In this document: positions 58,144-64,000 of the stretch, piece after piece | Layout: each line of letters opens with the position of its first letter | How positions within the stretch are numbered: position 1 is the first letter of the stretch | Source: the human T2T-CHM13v2.0 reference genome, Homo sapiens | Direction: 5' to 3' (one strand) | Length of the DNA stretch: 64,000 nucleotides | Assembly: GCF_009914755.1 (NCBI RefSeq) | Contig: NC_060934.1 | Translations under genes and position numbers: made by a program | Notes under the pieces: model-generated | What the model was told of the DNA's origin: nothing | What the model saw: the letters and a program-made list of their open reading frames with translations, nothing else | Databases searched by the model: none

Positions 58144-59289
58144 GGGGAGATAAAAATATTTGGTGTATATAAAGGAGCATACTCATATATTACTTGGCGG
58201 AATTATAAAGTAGTACAATATCTTTGAATGGCTTTTGACTCAACATTTTTATTTTTAGGAATTTATCCTAAATTTATCCTAGGAATTTATCTGACATGAG
58301 ATAAAATTTAAGCACAAATGTTTCTTAAAGCAAGAGTGATATAGCAAATTAGGAGCAATATTTATGTCCATATGAGGAAAATGGTTAAATAAAGGATGAT
58401 ACACTGATTCATGTACTGGAGTACAATGTTTCCATTAAGAATTATGCTTCTGAGACTATTTAAAAAAATAGAAGAAATATCTTGATATAATGGCAAGTGG
58501 AAAAAAAAACAGGCAGTAAAACTGTAAATGTGGTATAATCCCAATTATATAGAAAAAATAAAGACCCAAAGAAAGTATATTAAAAAGCTAATAGCTCTGG
58601 GTCATGGAATTATAGGTCATTTAAAAACTATCTCTTTGTATTTCCAAATTTCCTACAATTAACTCATTATTTATATGATGAGAAAAGAATGTGTTGCACA
58701 TTAACAAAAAAAAAAAACTTTAAAGACCACCTTTCCTTTACACTACTCATTTTTAGGAACTGAAAATTCAGGAGTTCGTTCCTTTGCCAGGTTTTCAATA
58801 AAGAGGAAGAGAAAGGCCACCAAATAGTTTGCTTCTTAAGTTGACATAGTTGTAACAGTAGTTTAAAAACTGAAATATTTAAAAATTCTTAATTTAAATA
58901 TTATATGTATTGACTGTTAAAAAATAAAAAAGCCTAACAGTTAGCTTAAATAAAACCACTTGAATGTCTATGATCTCTGATATCTTGTGTTTGCCTAAAG
59001 ACTGTGATGAGAACACGAGTGATGTTGATGGTAAATGGACTCCCTGAGGTGGAGTCAGCTCACTCATTGGCTGGATGATGAGACCCCTTAGAGCAGAAAG
59101 GGACAGAGAGGCAATCAGCCCATGCTGCAGAAATGTAAGAACACCTTCCACTGCATCCCCAGTAAAAATATTTTTAACCCAAAATTAATCTGGAAAACAT
59201 TTTCAAAATAAATTACTCCTTTAAAATGTAGAGTGGAAATTATGTAAGTGAAAATGACAAGTATTTCTGAGTTGTAATGTTAAACTGTT

Positions 59290-60786
<1,497 letters not shown>

Positions 60787-61089
60787 TGTTAAACTTTTTA
60801 GGTTACAGAAACTGATGGCTCCAAGTTCTTCTGTTACGTGATAAAATTCGACTTCTTCTTGCCCTCATTTAGTCCAGAGAGGACTGGTGGGGTGTGGGGG
60901 TGGGGTCACCGAGCTCAGAGCATCAAGAGGCCAACCTTGAGGATAAGGGTCTAGGTGTGAAGGATGCTGGACCCCACCCAGCACCCTGCTCATGCTGCCC
61001 AGGACAGGGTGAACACAGGTTTTCCTGCCTCTCTGCCTGCTGGGAGTTTTGTATGGTTCCTTCCTATCCACCCCTCCTGGGACTGCCTA

Positions 61090-61263
<174 letters not shown>

Positions 61264-61628
61264 CTATGAGCTCAGTCTGAGTAACGAAGAGGACCCCAAC
61301 CTCAGCAAACATTCAGTGAGCCCCTTCTGCACACCAGGCATCACAAGGGACTTCCATTTTTGTTGCACCCTCACAACTGGACAAAGTAGAACTCTTCAGG
61401 TACCCCCATTTTAGAGAGCAGGACACAGGCACAGCCTGAAGTGGCAAAGCTGGGATCTGGACCCAGACCTGTTTGATGCCAAGGCTGGGGCCCTTTCCTC
61501 TGTGGTATCTGGTCCCTCTCAGCACAGCAACAGACCCACCACGGGGCCTACTGGAACCAGACTGGCACAGGAAGGGACCCAGGTCTTGGCCTAGACATGG
61601 AGCCGAATGCCCAGGGAGGCCATGCTCA

Positions 61629-62070
<442 letters not shown>

Positions 62071-63277
62071 TCAAAGCCCCTGAATTTACTTCAGCACCAC
62101 AGAAGTTTCATTCAAATGCTGCTCTCCCTGTTCATGGTGAGAACAGAGGCTGCCTAAAGCCCCTGTACCTAGTAGGCTGCAGCTTCTAGGGCCACAGCCA
62201 CCAGTGTCTTCAGCCCTCCCAAATCTCCTTCCCCACCCCCCCGCCACACACACACACACCACACACTCTGTGCTTGATTATGTAAGAAATGTCTTAACTA
62301 TTCACCCACTGGAAGATCTTTAATACAGCTTCCCACACTGTGTGCCATGGCCCTCTGCGTGCGGCAAACCCTCGATCTTCTAAAACTTGGGGCAGCCTGA
62401 CCAGGCTGGTGAGGACAGTGCTCCAGGCTGGCTGCTGCAGCTAAGAGGCCTCAGGCAGTGGTTTCAAATCCTCTTATGTGCCTCAGGGTGTCACGCAGAT
62501 ATAATCATGTGGTATGTGCGCTAAGCCATGACAATGATTAGGAAGCTCTGCTGTAACTCTCACACAAGTGGATTTCCAGTTTTCTTGGGAGGATCACAGC
62601 ATCTCCAGGTCTTGTGTTCCGTCATCCCCATGTCCAGCTTAGTGGTCCTTACTGAATTCCTCCCAAACTAACTTGGTGCAACTGGTCCCAAGGTATTTAT
62701 GGCAAATGCCAGGAGACATAACAGCACAGTGAAGAAGGAATGCAGCCTATTCCCACAGAATTACTCAATGCCAAGGCAGACACTGAGAGTGCAACAGGTG
62801 TGAAAAGGAGGTTGCTGGGAGAGGCGGGTGGACCTGAAGAGGCTGCTCTGGGACTCCCAGGTACATGTGACAAAGCTGACCAGAGTGTATGGGTTAGGGA
62901 GCAGTGGGCTATGGAATGGAGGCTGTGGTTGTGAGCGGAGAAGTGACCGGCTGGCTGGAGATGGGCAGGTCAAGGTCATGAAGGCGGTCATCTAGGTGCG
63001 GGTGTCAGGTAATGAGTGCTCACCCCTTGGTGGGGGCTGGGAGGAGCTTTAAAGATGCAGCAGGCTGTGATGACCTGCCTGGATTCGAGGGGTGAAGGAG
63101 AGATGAGGCATCAGGATGGGGGTGGCCTCAGGATGCAGGGCTGGGGAGGGGATGAGCAGGTGTGCAGAGCCCAGTAGCACTCAGTCCACTGCCTACCTCA
63201 TTCCATCTGCCTCCCAAAGCCCCAGGGTGGATGCTGCCTGCCTCCCTGTCCTCCCCAGGTGGGGCAAGATCATCTAC

Positions 63278-63382
63278 CTTGGCAAGCACAGTGGAGCATC
63301 CAGACGGCCAGAGGTTCAGAAAGGGCTGCAGCAGACCGACTCGGTGACTGGCTCATGGGAGAGCAGCACAGCATCCCTGGTC
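63278..63382 (-). other. HPS1: HPS1 exon 2 (105-nt 5' UTR exon)
   Basis: tttgcag|GACC ... GCCAAG|gtagat; joining to exon 3 gives the Kozak-like GCCAAG|ATG; length agrees with the HPS1 structure as I recall it. Confidence 0.85.
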
Positions 63383-64000
63383 CTGCAAATGCTTAAAACA
63401 GAGAGAATATGAGGGCAGGCAGATGCCCTGGTCTTGACTGCTGCCCGTTGAGAAAGGACAAGCTGGAGAAGGGCTGCGTGGTCCCTGGTCTCTCCAGGCC
63501 CTGAGGCAGTCTGCTAAGAACATATCTGGGATCCTGCCCCTCACCTCCCATAATGGAGAATAGGAACCCGGCCAGCACAGCCCTTTGCACAGAGCAGGTG
63601 CCCACTTTTGTTCCTTCCTCCTTTGTTCCCATGAAGTGCTCTCACTTCTGCGGGTCACTCAGAGCTCCCCAAGCAGCCCCAGGGAGCTTGCTAGGAGTGA
63701 CTGACGGGAGACAGCATAGCACATCCCAGGTGGTGAGGATGCAGTCCCGGTGAAGGGAGTGGGGATCCTGGGATGATACGATGAATGGAAGGAAACTAAC
63801 AGGAAAGGCATCTGGGACCAGGTTCTAGTTTTGGCTTTGCCAAGTCCCATAAACCTCTCTGAGCCTCAAACTCCTGCGGAGAAACAGAGCAACATCCCCT
63901 ACTCTACCTCCCTACAGGGTTAGATCATGGGAGTGACCAGGCAAGCTGCAAAGTAACCTTAGCAAACTGCGTTCTTACATAGGTGTGGGGATCATTATTC

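Noticed and set aside
59000-59052. C/D-box snoRNA-like motifs (GTGATGA ... CTGA)
   Set aside because: Only about 50 nt, weak terminal stem, antisense to the host gene and surrounded by old L1-like sequence

Overview
Human (primate, Alu-rich) genomic DNA carrying two tandem minus-strand genes, recognised from memory as the chr10q24 PYROXD2-HPS1 locus. PYROXD2 is complete: 16 coding exons, ATG 33113 to TGA 1778, summed length 1746 nt = 581 aa, an FAD-dependent phytoene-dehydrogenase-like oxidoreductase. HPS1 (BLOC-3 subunit) is present from non-coding exon 2 to its poly(A) signal: 18 coding exons, ATG 61218 to TAG 35542, 2103 nt = 700 aa. Its exon 1 and promoter lie beyond the right edge. I traced every splice junction by hand and both reading frames close exactly. 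Embedded elements include MIR1287 (over the PYROXD2 exon 8 acceptor), MIR4685 (ending at the HPS1 exon 7 acceptor), a U12-type AT-AC intron in HPS1, 16 Alus, a full-length THE1 MaLR element, DNA transposons and solo LTRs. I found no convincing new protein-coding system. The best leads not explained by these features are: (1) a 71-bp, 94%-identical inverted repeat with a competing 14-bp hairpin in HPS1 intron 18; (2) a 40-codon upstream ORF with three in-frame ATGs that overlaps the HPS1 start codon; (3) a 29-bp VNTR that fills PYROXD2 intron 3 and appears to supply its branch point; (4) a CpG-rich patch with a YY1 motif inside PYROXD2 intron 4. Repeat subfamily names and boundaries are by-eye estimates.
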